IMG/VR virus record: IMGVR_UViG_3300027977_000007
Source of the DNA: a virus
Strand: one strand, 5' to 3'
Length of the DNA: 64,000 bases
Both the position numbers and the translations under genes were made by a program. The notes under the pieces were generated by a model. The model saw only the letters and a list, made by a program, of their open reading frames with translations. It was not told the DNA's origin and did not search any database. This document shows, piece after piece, positions 41,772 to 51,337 of this stretch (its first letter is position 1; the number at the start of each line of letters is the position of its first letter).

Positions 41772-41802
41772 CAAATATACTGAAAGAATTCTTATAAGTC
41801 AA
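41772..41802 (-). promoter_or_regulatory. Bacteroidota-type promoter of the endonuclease; -7 box lies in a hairpin loop
   Basis: TTGACT-N17-TATATTTG; aattctttcag/ctgaaagaatt inverted repeat around the -7 box. Confidence 0.7.
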
Positions 41803-41820
41803 TGTTTTGATAGAGTAAAA
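41783..41820. repeat. 38-bp direct repeat, copy 2
   Basis: Identical to 40747-40784. Confidence 0.95.
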
Positions 41821-41856
41821 TTGAAAAATAAACGTAACTAGTTGATAATCAACCAA

Positions 41857-42345
41857 CTAAAAAAGAAGTATTGCCCTATCGAATCTAAGCGTTGCTGTAA
41901 TATCAGCGATGGCATCATCATCCATTGATAAATCACCAAAACCAACATTTGTAAGCATAGTACCGTCAAGTAACCATTTCTCCACAACAACACCTGTTGG
42001 GTCAAGCATTTCAAGCTCTACAGGTCTCTTATAACCAGCAGCGTAACCTTGACGACCTGTTATAGATTCAGAGTGCAAACGCACCCATTCCATAATAGCT
42101 TGTGTCGCAGATGGGCCAATTGGGTCACGGAATGTAACATCAATTGCTTCCCAAGTAAAACGACCTATAACCCACGTAGATGTATTAAGGAACGGCATTT
42201 CAACTTCATTTTGAGTAATTGAAGGTCTAGAGGCAGATGCTAACCACCATTGTTGTATACCTAAGTCAGCTGGAAAAGTAATTAACCATCGGTTTTTCCT
42301 TTTAGGCTCGTAAGGCAAGGGCATTTTCATTAATAAATCAGCCAT
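41857..42345 (-). CDS. Tail tube protein (T4 gp19-like)
   Basis: EPKRKNRW, GRFTWEAIDVTFRDPI, LDPTG.VVEKW.L.G...FGDL; downstream of the sheath gene. Confidence 0.88.
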   Translation of the reverse strand: MADLLMKMPLPYEPKRKNRWLITFPADLGIQQWWLASASRPSITQNEVEMPFLNTSTWVIGRFTWEAIDVTFRDPIGPSATQAIMEWVRLHSESITGRQGYAAGYKRPVELEMLDPTGVVVEKWLLDGTMLTNVGFGDLSMDDDAIADITATLRFDRAILLF

Positions 42346-42516
42346 TTTTTTGTTTTTAAAATATTTGTTAGTACCTTTGTGATACTAGTGTTATTGTTTA
42401 ATATAAATATCTAACATTACAAAATAAATCAGAAATAAATTAAATATTTTAAACACAAGGTTATTATAATAATACTTAACATAAAAAAGTGTTATAAAAT
42501 TTTAATAGGTGCTAGT

Positions 42517-42942
42517 TTAAGCCTCAAGATTTAGGTTTTTATCTAAAGCCTCTAAGTTATTAATTGCCTTGGTGCTAATTCTATAACTTGCATTATTTGC
42601 TTTAGCTATTTCATTAAACTTATTAACGATATTCTTTGCATTTTTAGCAAACTTAGTATCTGGATTAACCATACCTTTTTCGGTAAATGATTTAACCAAC
42701 TCCTTAACTTTAGAATCATCTTCTAGTGTTTGTTTTATTTGGTTCATAATATTATCATCACTAATAGCATTTTGACCAATAATTTTATTTTGACCGCTTA
42801 AATTAATACCCAATAATACAGCAACACCTAATACAACATCACCATAACTCTCAGTAATAATGGGTTGATTAGATAAAGCTTCAATTTGTCTATTTAACAA
42901 AATCTTTTTATATTGTGATTCTGTTATTTTAATTTTGGTCAT
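42517..42942 (-). CDS. Hypothetical late protein (KIKITESQY N-terminus)
   Basis: 141 aa; late motif upstream. Confidence 0.6.
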   Translation of the reverse strand: MTKIKITESQYKKILLNRQIEALSNQPIITESYGDVVLGVAVLLGINLSGQNKIIGQNAISDDNIMNQIKQTLEDDSKVKELVKSFTEKGMVNPDTKFAKNAKNIVNKFNEIAKANNASYRISTKAINNLEALDKNLNLEA

Positions 42943-42971
42943 AAAATTACTTTATAATAAATATGGTTATA

Positions 42972-43002
42972 AACTAAAAAGGCCCCGTAGGGCCTTTTAG
43001 TT
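42972..43002 (-). terminator. Terminator after the sheath gene
   Basis: aactaaaaaggccc-cgta-gggccttttagtt. Confidence 0.8.
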
Positions 43003-45861
43003 TTAGATGTTATCGAATGAAGCACCTGTATTTGTAACCACGAATTCTATTTGTATGTATTCTAGACTTCTTGTTGGTTTTAGGAATATTTGACCAGTTA
43101 ATTGGTTTCTATCGATATCCTCTGGGTCACTAGATAATGTAACCCTAAAGTCGGTTAAACCTCTTTCAGTCCTTATATTTGATAATATTGGATTAACTAA
43201 AGCTAAGAACTGATTTCTAACTATTGTGTCATTTTGTTCGAATAGAAGTCTAATAGCCACAGCTGAAATAAGTTTTCTAGCTTGTAATAGAAGTCTTCTA
43301 ACTTGAATTCTATTTAAAGCTGATTCCTTAACTTGTAGTGTTTTATTACCCCAAATCTTAATACCATCAGAATTGAACGTAGCGATTGGGTTAATTCGGT
43401 TTTCATAAAGGGTATCTCTCTCAGCTAAGGTAAGAGATTTTCTAGCTTGTATTGCATCAACATCACCACGTTGAATACCAGCAACAGCGAACCAAGGGAA
43501 TGCAATGTTATCGGTCAAGGCAATGTTTCTAACTACGTCTCTAGTAGGTGGGACGTATATCAATACATTGTTCTCAGCATCGTTGATTTGAACCCATGGC
43601 CAGTAAGTACAAGTGTAGTTACTATCGTATTGGTCAGCAATAATATCAACAGCCTCATCAGCAGTTAATATAGTACCAGATGCAACGTCAGGAGTTGTAA
43701 CAACATAAAGCGAATCGGCTCTATCGTTTTCAACCATATCGATTGTTGCTTCAACCAAGTTTGTGTTATTAGAGGTATCAATACCTGGAGTTGCAAAAAC
43801 GTTAATACTAACAGCTTCTGGGTTTTTAAATGTCCAAATAGCTTCAAGGTAAGCGTAGTAATCTGAATTTATACCTAAATCACCCGAAGTTAATGTTCTA
43901 TTTGCAAACGCACCACTTGTAAGACCAGCTTGACCAGCAGTACCATTGATAATATAGCTGTCTGCGTTGCTTCTAATAGTACGGTACACGTCCCAACCAT
44001 CAAAACCACCATATGGTGCAAATGTAAATTTACGTGCATACAAAAATTCATATGGACCACCAACTAAGCCAGCATCAGTTCTAAACTGAGCGTCACCAGT
44101 GTCAAATAAGAATATTGGACTATAAGTACCACCACTTGCGTTAATAACCTCAAATACGTTATCTATTGTAACACCAGTTGCATCAACATCCATGTGGAAA
44201 CCATTTGTCATACCTGTCCAGATATCTGGGCTAGAGGTTAATGGAACACCCTTATAGTCAAAGAAGTCAGAATCGATACCAACAGTTTCAGATAAACCTA
44301 AGTAATACTTACGTTTATTTTCAAATGTTGAATAGCTAGTCTTATATAATAATGCTGGGTTAACAACACTTGTATTACTGTTGGTTTGGTAGTCACGGAT
44401 TGGGTAACCAATAAAACCAGCTGGGAATGCATCACTAGTGTTGCTAGTGTCATCAACTTCAACAAGAACATAGGCTGATTTAGAAACATACTCACCATCA
44501 AGTGTACCTATTCTTCTACCAATGAAGTTAGCTGAAGTTGGGTCCATAGTACAACGTGAAAAACTTTCAAGTATAACTGGTTGTGCATCAGTGTCATAAA
44601 AACCTCTAATTCTAATATCAAATTCTAAGGTATCTGGCTTAATGTTAACTATTGAAATCTTAAATTGTTCGTTAGCTGCATTACCATCAGAAATAGTCCA
44701 TAATCTAAACAAACGCAATACTTTATTACCACGCAATTCTGAAACAACATATGGTGTAACAGCTGGTTGATATTCTTTTAAATAATCAGAATAATCGGTA
44801 TCATACTGAATAAGACTTTGGTTGATACCTCTAATCTTACCATCAACATTTGCTGTGTTAAATAAATTACCATAAAGTTCTTCTACAAATAATGCAGTAT
44901 TACCATCTTGTGCCGTTCTTCCCAATACCTTAGGAAGATAATTACGTTGCGTTCTATCAAGTGATACTTGGTAGTTAAATAAACCCTGTGTGTTTGAGTT
45001 ACCACTTAGAGCAAATACACCAACAGGATTTGTTGTTGCAGCACTAAATGCTGGATTAAATATAACACCAGTTGCAGCACTTAATTCAAAGTTAGGTAAT
45101 TGTGTAGATACATCTATAGCCCCTCTTGAACGTAACAATGCTACCAATTGGTCTTCAACATCACTATATCCAGTACCAGTATAGGTAACGGTTACACCAG
45201 AAGTAATACCAGTTATATTAACCAACGATGTACCACCAGTATAGTTTGTTTGAGTAACGTAGTTGTTAAATGACACACCACTAAAAGTATTACCAAACTT
45301 ACTAAATATTGGACCAATATTAACTGTTGAACCACTAGTCGCTGAACCTAAGTAAGCTAGACTAGAACCTAGTGTTCCATCATTTATTAACGCTTGAACC
45401 AAGACATCATTAGAAGTTAATGATAAAATACTACCAGTTGGTGACGCTGAATATGATATTAAATAATTAGTACCACCACTATAAGAAATAGTAGATACCG
45501 TACCAGATGTAGATGGGTCAAGGGCCGCATCAATAGTGATACCCCAAGCTTGACCAGCATCATAACCAGAGAAACCTAATACCCTAGTTACAAATAATTG
45601 GTTAGATTGTGATAAATAAGACTTAGCTATGTATGGTAATTCATACTTAGGTGCTCCAGTATCTTTTACCTTGGTTGCGTTTAAGCCACCAAAGAAAGAT
45701 TGGAATTCGCCATAATTACTTATAAATATTGGTTGAAATGCTGGTCCAATTGTGGTTTCACCAACTAAGCCAAGTGTTGTTACACCTACTTGACGAGTAA
45801 TAAATGTTATATCTCTTTCTGATGTATAAACACCTGGACTAACGAAAACTTTTGTTGCCAT
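43003..45861 (-). CDS. Contractile tail sheath protein (T4 gp18-like)
   Basis: FVSPGVYTSERD, PWFAVAG..RG, RINPI, IWGNKTL, IQVRRLL, FEQND, IFLKPTRSLEYI. Confidence 0.95.
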   Translation of the reverse strand: MATKVFVSPGVYTSERDITFITRQVGVTTLGLVGETTIGPAFQPIFISNYGEFQSFFGGLNATKVKDTGAPKYELPYIAKSYLSQSNQLFVTRVLGFSGYDAGQAWGITIDAALDPSTSGTVSTISYSGGTNYLISYSASPTGSILSLTSNDVLVQALINDGTLGSSLAYLGSATSGSTVNIGPIFSKFGNTFSGVSFNNYVTQTNYTGGTSLVNITGITSGVTVTYTGTGYSDVEDQLVALLRSRGAIDVSTQLPNFELSAATGVIFNPAFSAATTNPVGVFALSGNSNTQGLFNYQVSLDRTQRNYLPKVLGRTAQDGNTALFVEELYGNLFNTANVDGKIRGINQSLIQYDTDYSDYLKEYQPAVTPYVVSELRGNKVLRLFRLWTISDGNAANEQFKISIVNIKPDTLEFDIRIRGFYDTDAQPVILESFSRCTMDPTSANFIGRRIGTLDGEYVSKSAYVLVEVDDTSNTSDAFPAGFIGYPIRDYQTNSNTSVVNPALLYKTSYSTFENKRKYYLGLSETVGIDSDFFDYKGVPLTSSPDIWTGMTNGFHMDVDATGVTIDNVFEVINASGGTYSPIFLFDTGDAQFRTDAGLVGGPYEFLYARKFTFAPYGGFDGWDVYRTIRSNADSYIINGTAGQAGLTSGAFANRTLTSGDLGINSDYYAYLEAIWTFKNPEAVSINVFATPGIDTSNNTNLVEATIDMVENDRADSLYVVTTPDVASGTILTADEAVDIIADQYDSNYTCTYWPWVQINDAENNVLIYVPPTRDVVRNIALTDNIAFPWFAVAGIQRGDVDAIQARKSLTLAERDTLYENRINPIATFNSDGIKIWGNKTLQVKESALNRIQVRRLLLQARKLISAVAIRLLFEQNDTIVRNQFLALVNPILSNIRTERGLTDFRVTLSSDPEDIDRNQLTGQIFLKPTRSLEYIQIEFVVTNTGASFDNI

Positions 45862-45953
45862 ATTAGTTGTTTTAGTTTACTTTATTGTTTTGTTTATTAT
45901 AAATATTAGGTTTTACCCAAAAAGAGAATTAGGATAAAATATATATTTGTTTT

Positions 45954-45985
45954 AGTATGTTTTTTGTCATACTTTCATCATACTT
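45954..45985 (+). promoter_or_regulatory. Putative operator upstream of the RHH gene
   Basis: TCATACTT at 45967 and 45978 (11-bp spacing) plus inverted AGTATG at 45954, just after TATATTTG (45942-45949). Confidence 0.45.
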
Positions 45986-45997
45986 ATATTAAAAGAT

Positions 45998-46153
45998 ATG
46001 CTTAAGAGAGATAAAAACATTAAAATTACAACAAAAACTCATGAGTTACTAAAAAAACATTGCGAACAGAATGGTCTTAAAATGTTTTCTTTTGTTGAAA
46101 AATTAATACGTGAAGCTTGTATTACCAAGAAAGATTTATACGGTGAAAATTAA
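45998..46153 (+). CDS. Ribbon-helix-helix DNA-binding protein, 51 aa (not in ORF track)
   Basis: MLKRDKNIKITTKTHELLKKHCEQNGLKMFSFVEKLIREACITKKDLYGEN: alternating beta strand followed by two helices joined by G. Confidence 0.7.
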   Translation: MLKRDKNIKITTKTHELLKKHCEQNGLKMFSFVEKLIREACITKKDLYGEN

Positions 46154-46326
46154 CCATTATTAGAAGTATAGTTAATACCATCAGCAATTGCAGTAGTCTT
46201 AGTTGTTGCAAATATGCTTGGTAATTGTGCACCTATTAATGATTGATATATTTCCAAAAAAGCATTATGCTCTGCTAGAGTTGGGAAGGTGAGTGTTTCG
46301 TTTCCAAATGTAAATGTATATTCCAT
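46150..46326 (-). CDS. Small protein after tail fibre, 58 aa (not in ORF track)
   Basis: MEYTFTFGNETLTFPTLAEHNAFLEIYQ...; ATG 12 nt after the fibre stop; its stop overlaps the RHH stop (TTAA). Confidence 0.55.
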   Translation of the reverse strand: MEYTFTFGNETLTFPTLAEHNAFLEIYQSLIGAQLPSIFATTKTTAIADGINYTSNNG

Positions 46327-46338
46327 ATTATTTATTTT

Positions 46339-49300
46339 TTATTTTTTTGATATTATAAAGCTTCTTAATGTTGCAGAGGCACCAATGAGAGCTCTCATTG
46401 TTGGGTATATATAGTTATCAACGGTAGTATCAAATGTAGGCGTTCCCATAGCTGTTGTTGTTATGATACCTATGTCAGTATAAGCTGCATCGGCACGAAC
46501 TCTAAGTGTTGTTGAATTACTAAAGTATAAATTCTTTCTTTCTACTTGAATGTATTTTGTCGCAGCACCAGATGTAGCAACAAGCGCCAATAATTGACCA
46601 GTTGCTGGTGATGGTGGTGTATTTGTTGTATAACTCCTAAACCAACAATTTAATAAAGAACCAACTGTGAAGTCAGTTGGGTCCCAAGTGCAGTCAATTT
46701 CAATTATATCACCTGTTGTGAATGTATTTGCTGGTATTAAATAATAACCAAAGGCTGTTTCAGTAGCCGCAGCAAATGCTACTGTAACAGCTCCCCTAAA
46801 GTTAACGATTGGAAGACCAATACCAGTTAGGTTAGAACCATTACCGTAATAAGTAGTCGCACTTATTGTATTTGCAGATAAACCACCTGTAAACGTGGTT
46901 AAACCAGCTACCGTTCCACCTGTAAAGGTGGAACCACCACCAGTACTAAATCCACTAACACTAAATGTTCCACCAGTATTATTTGTAAACTGAGCCGTTC
47001 CAGCTGAATATGTACCACCAGTTACGAATACATCATCTGTCTTAAATCCAGTTACGCTAAATGTTCCACCTGTATTATTCGTAAATACGGACGAACCATT
47101 TGAATACGTACCACCAGTTACAAATACATCATCTGTCTTAAATCCACTAACGCTAAATGTTCCACCTGTGTTATTCGTAAATTCAGCTGTTCCAGCTGAA
47201 TAGGTACCACCAGTAACCCTAATATCTATTGGTAAATTATTATAAGTTGTTGCTGAAACTGTTGTAGCTGTTAGGCCATTACTGTTTGCTATAAAACCAT
47301 TTGATTGGAATGTAGTACCAGATATATAGCCATCGGCTCTAATTAAAGCGGTGGTCGCATTAGCTGTGTTAACAGACTCAAATACGTTAGTTACATTATC
47401 AGCATTACCAGTACCGTTTTTAACACTTAGTCCATCTAGGATTGCGTTAATAACAATTTCTGGTGTTGTTGAATTATCGTATGCCTGTTGAAGCGTAGTT
47501 GTTGATAAACCACCAGTACCACCAAAACTTTCACCAAATTTAGAAACCAGTGTAAATTTAGCATAATCTGTATTAGTTAATGGTTCTCCATCAGTACCAA
47601 TATCATTTCTAACAGAAAGAATACCAATTAATATACCAGTACTCTCAGCATTAGGGTAAGGTATAAATGTCTCTGAGTTTATAGCGGCAACAGCGGCAGT
47701 TAAGTTTGCGTATATTGTTTGACCATATAATACATTAATAACACCAGTCGGATACATATATATCCTTTGATTGGTCGCATCATCAATACCAGAATTACCA
47801 ATACTAGTAATAACACCACCTAAGTCATAATTTCTAGGGTCGATAACAGTAACAGACCCGCTAGTACCACCAGTTTGTGTTCTATAAAAAAATGATGCTG
47901 GTATCTTTGCTGGAATGCTGGCATTATTAGGGCTTAATTGATTATTATGCCAATTAATACCATTACCCCAAAGAGTACCAGCTGAAGTATTAAAACTTAA
48001 ATTAGCTCCATTTGGTGAGGGTATGATACCTTGATTTATCAATTTTATTGGCGACCACAAATCACGCAAAGATGACATCGGTGATACATCATAATCAACG
48101 GTATTATTTATGTTTAATATACTCGTTCTATTTGGGTGATTAACCTTACCCAAAAATATGTTTTCTCTTCGTTGTTGTGGTGTTGGAAATGTTGTTTGTT
48201 GGTATAATGTAGCACCACTGTTTATTAATAAATAAGTAGAGTCTGCTGTTAAAATATTAGTTAATGATATGTTTGTACCACCACTATAATAAAGGTTTTT
48301 TACATCTGGATTTGTTGCGTTTGAATATGTATTATTAACCGACCAACCTCTCATAGGTGCAACATTAATTGTTGTTGATGAAGCGGTAGTAGCACCAGTA
48401 TATTCATACACACCAGTTGATATTGCATTACCTAATAAAATATTAACTTCTTGTTGTGTTAAACTTTGTAATTGGTTTTCATTTTCAATGTTAACATATA
48501 TTTTACCATTTATTGCATCCGAAGTCAAACACCAACCTAATACAGATATTCTAGACGTATAAGCTATTGAGTCTGGGTCATCTGTAATACCACCATCAAT
48601 TGTATCAGATAAAAATAATTCTCGACCTACTATAAGTGTTGAAGTATCTAAATCTCTAACTATACCAAAACTAGTAATAAAACCATATTCATTATTTGGT
48701 ATATTATGTGTTGCCACACCAGAAGATTGAGCTAAACTATCAACAAATGTTGTTCCTAACTTAGACGCATTAGCTAAAGCAACAGTTGGTGTCCCACTAC
48801 TTGAACCAGTAATATGAACTACTTGACCATTATTAATTTGAGCACCACTATTATTATAAATTCTAACTAAATTTTCTTGACCTAAATTAATAGTTACATC
48901 ATTTTGATTTGTTAAAGGTTTATATGATAAAGCATTTTCACTTGAATCATAATACAATGTTCCACCAGTTGGATTTGGAACTGATGGTGATGTTTTAAAG
49001 TTAATATAATCAGTATTAGAGATTGTATTTGCAGTTAAACCACTTATAAAATTAGTTGAACCACTTACCGTACCACCACTTAATGGTAAATAAGCACCAG
49101 AAAAAGCTGGTAGGTTAATATACGTAGTTGCAGATATTGTATTTGCTGATATTCCACCATTAACAGTTAAACCTGAAAAACTATTAACTAAAGTAGTTAT
49201 ATTTGCTTGGTTATTAGTTTGTTGAAGAGTTAATACATTATTACTAAACGTTAATCCAGTAACATATGTATCAGTCTGACCAGTTAAGAATCCACTAACG

Positions 49301-49635
49301 CTAAATGTTCCACCTGTGTTATTCGTAAATTCAGCTGTTCCAGCTGAATATGTACCACCAGTAACCCTAATATCTGTTGGCAAGCCAAGATATGTTGTTG
49401 CACTAAAGGTGTTTGCCGTTAAACCACTTATAAAGTTAGTTGACCCAGATACCGTACCACCTGTGAATGGTGTTGTTAATCCACTAACGCTAAATGTACC
49501 ACCAGAATTATTGGTAAAAATAGCTGTTCCAGATGAATAGGTACCACCAGTTACAAAAATATCTTGTCCATCAACAACATTTGTTTCTATAATAAATGTT
49601 TGATTTATATCATAACCTCTTCCAACTTGTCCCAT
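46339..49635 (-). CDS. Tail fibre-like protein with internal Gly/Thr repeats
   Basis: 1098 aa, T/G/S/N-rich; five VTGGTYS.GT..FTNN.GGTFSV.G repeats; SATTY repeats. Confidence 0.75.
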   Translation of the reverse strand: MGQVGRGYDINQTFIIETNVVDGQDIFVTGGTYSSGTAIFTNNSGGTFSVSGLTTPFTGGTVSGSTNFISGLTANTFSATTYLGLPTDIRVTGGTYSAGTAEFTNNTGGTFSVSGFLTGQTDTYVTGLTFSNNVLTLQQTNNQANITTLVNSFSGLTVNGGISANTISATTYINLPAFSGAYLPLSGGTVSGSTNFISGLTANTISNTDYINFKTSPSVPNPTGGTLYYDSSENALSYKPLTNQNDVTINLGQENLVRIYNNSGAQINNGQVVHITGSSSGTPTVALANASKLGTTFVDSLAQSSGVATHNIPNNEYGFITSFGIVRDLDTSTLIVGRELFLSDTIDGGITDDPDSIAYTSRISVLGWCLTSDAINGKIYVNIENENQLQSLTQQEVNILLGNAISTGVYEYTGATTASSTTINVAPMRGWSVNNTYSNATNPDVKNLYYSGGTNISLTNILTADSTYLLINSGATLYQQTTFPTPQQRRENIFLGKVNHPNRTSILNINNTVDYDVSPMSSLRDLWSPIKLINQGIIPSPNGANLSFNTSAGTLWGNGINWHNNQLSPNNASIPAKIPASFFYRTQTGGTSGSVTVIDPRNYDLGGVITSIGNSGIDDATNQRIYMYPTGVINVLYGQTIYANLTAAVAAINSETFIPYPNAESTGILIGILSVRNDIGTDGEPLTNTDYAKFTLVSKFGESFGGTGGLSTTTLQQAYDNSTTPEIVINAILDGLSVKNGTGNADNVTNVFESVNTANATTALIRADGYISGTTFQSNGFIANSNGLTATTVSATTYNNLPIDIRVTGGTYSAGTAEFTNNTGGTFSVSGFKTDDVFVTGGTYSNGSSVFTNNTGGTFSVTGFKTDDVFVTGGTYSAGTAQFTNNTGGTFSVSGFSTGGGSTFTGGTVAGLTTFTGGLSANTISATTYYGNGSNLTGIGLPIVNFRGAVTVAFAAATETAFGYYLIPANTFTTGDIIEIDCTWDPTDFTVGSLLNCWFRSYTTNTPPSPATGQLLALVATSGAATKYIQVERKNLYFSNSTTLRVRADAAYTDIGIITTTAMGTPTFDTTVDNYIYPTMRALIGASATLRSFIISKK
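46950..47227 (-). repeat. Three tandem ~96-bp repeats within the fibre gene
   Basis: Encode the D.(R/F)VTGGTYS..T..FTNNTGGTFSV.GF(K/S)T unit three times. Confidence 0.85.
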
Positions 49636-50693
49636 TATAATGTACTTCCAATTAAGGTTAGTTTACCTAGTGTTGCGGCACCCTTATAAACTTTTATTTT
49701 AATAATATCATTAGCATAAAAAATAATTGCTGTGTTCAATATAGTACCGTCAAAGACAATTGTATTATTTTGAGTAATTATGATTCTACTAATATTTTCT
49801 ATATTTGTTAGTTGTGTAAACTTTAAATCATATAATGCGTTAAAGATAAATTCAGTATTAGACCTTGGTTCCCATATAAAATTATAAACTATTTGGTTAC
49901 CTTTTCTGATTGGTGTTAATATTGCATCGTTAGCTATCAATTTTTCTTCAATTTCGGTAGTCATTAACGTTCTATTGATTGTAGGTATAACTCTAAAATC
50001 ATTTTCATCCAAGATATAACCCATCATTTTAATATCAAATAATTGAACATAAAAACGTCTATTTTCAAAGTCATCAATATTGCTCTCATCACCAATTGAA
50101 TCCAAATGCAATGGCATAGGGTGACCATTAACGTTGATATATGATTGTCTAGAATGAAAAGCTTTTTGTATATTAATATTAAATCGATTTAAATCCTTCA
50201 TGCGATTGGTAAACAATCTAACTTCATATAATATATCTATAGATGTTGGTTGTGGAATTTGATATAAGGTAATACCATGTCTAACACCATCCCAAGTTGG
50301 TATTTTCATATAGGTATAGGTTCGATTTCCTGGTATGTTCCATAACCCAGCTTGGTTTTCACCAACTTGAATATCTGGCTTTCTAACTATGGTTATAAAT
50401 GGCATCTTAATGTTTTTATATTCATCAGTAAATTCCCAAGTCTTGGTGAATTCGGTCCATCGTTGAATTGTTAAGAATATAACAGGTACTTTTTCACCAT
50501 CAATAGTCAAGCCCAACCCAGTATCTGATTTAAAATACTCTAAGAAGGTCTGGTCCATATCCTCAACCAAGACACCTCTAGGTAAAAAGGTTCCGTTATC
50601 AGCAATACCATCTAGAATCTCCTGTCTTCTTGGAGGCCCAATCTTGCTATTAACTATATTAATGTTTGTTCTATATCCTTTTTGCATTCCCAT
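49635..50693 (-). CDS. Tail terminator/completion protein (T4 gp15-like)
   Basis: VPVIF, MPFITIVR, P...DILYEV..F pattern; next to neck genes. Confidence 0.55.
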   Translation of the reverse strand: MGMQKGYRTNINIVNSKIGPPRRQEILDGIADNGTFLPRGVLVEDMDQTFLEYFKSDTGLGLTIDGEKVPVIFLTIQRWTEFTKTWEFTDEYKNIKMPFITIVRKPDIQVGENQAGLWNIPGNRTYTYMKIPTWDGVRHGITLYQIPQPTSIDILYEVRLFTNRMKDLNRFNINIQKAFHSRQSYINVNGHPMPLHLDSIGDESNIDDFENRRFYVQLFDIKMMGYILDENDFRVIPTINRTLMTTEIEEKLIANDAILTPIRKGNQIVYNFIWEPRSNTEFIFNALYDLKFTQLTNIENISRIIITQNNTIVFDGTILNTAIIFYANDIIKIKVYKGAATLGKLTLIGSTL

Positions 50694-50718
50694 GTCTAAT
50701 CCTTTATTTTAATAAATA

Positions 50719-51240
50719 TTACATACCACGAAACTCAGTCTCATCAATTGGTGCACAAGTAATTGTCCTAAATGCGCCCTTATACCCCATGATAGTATGC
50801 TTATTATCAAAGTTTTTTAATCCATCATTAGCCACGCTATAGTATCTAATACTATTTTCAGTAACCGCATACCCTATATAATCACCAAAGCTAAGTTGAA
50901 CATCCATCTCAGATAGCTGTGCCACATATATACCAAAGGTTAAATTACCATCTTGTAAGTGTCTTGCAGTACCATTTTTATTATATACTTTATTTTCTGG
51001 TTCAGCAAGTATTGGTATAACCTTTAATTCTATTGGTGGTAAAAATCTAATACCGTCTTTGGTTGCCTCACCATAAATATCATCATATTCTGTTTGTTGT
51101 CTATCAACACGGTATAATATTACGGTAAAGTTACCATCACCTTCAATAGCCTCTCTCCCCATATTAACCTCTAAGTCAAAATCGGCACTAGAAAAAAATT
51201 TATTAACCCTAGTTATTGGTATATAACGCTTATTGTCCAT
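50719..51240 (-). CDS. Neck / head-closure protein (T4 gp14-like)
   Basis: VILYRV...DDIYGEA...F..PIEL, GD.I pattern; late motif upstream. Confidence 0.6.
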   Translation of the reverse strand: MDNKRYIPITRVNKFFSSADFDLEVNMGREAIEGDGNFTVILYRVDRQQTEYDDIYGEATKDGIRFLPPIELKVIPILAEPENKVYNKNGTARHLQDGNLTFGIYVAQLSEMDVQLSFGDYIGYAVTENSIRYYSVANDGLKNFDNKHTIMGYKGAFRTITCAPIDETEFRGM

Positions 51241-51337
51241 GGTTTTATATATAAATATTTATCTTTTACGTAATCTAATGATAAGGCTTGATTTTTTAAA
51301 AAAATAAAGTATATTCATAACAATTAAATTATTAACA

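Noticed and set aside
40747-41820. CRISPR array or IS element
   Set aside because: Only two repeat copies about 1 kb apart, no spacers, no terminal inverted repeats or transposase motifs
10407-45861. Bacterial eCIS/T6SS or tailocin locus
   Set aside because: It is interleaved with neck genes and a full phage replication set
46339-49635. Diversity-generating retroelement in the tail fibre
   Set aside because: No reverse transcriptase in the window; both repeat copies are coding and differ at a single wobble base
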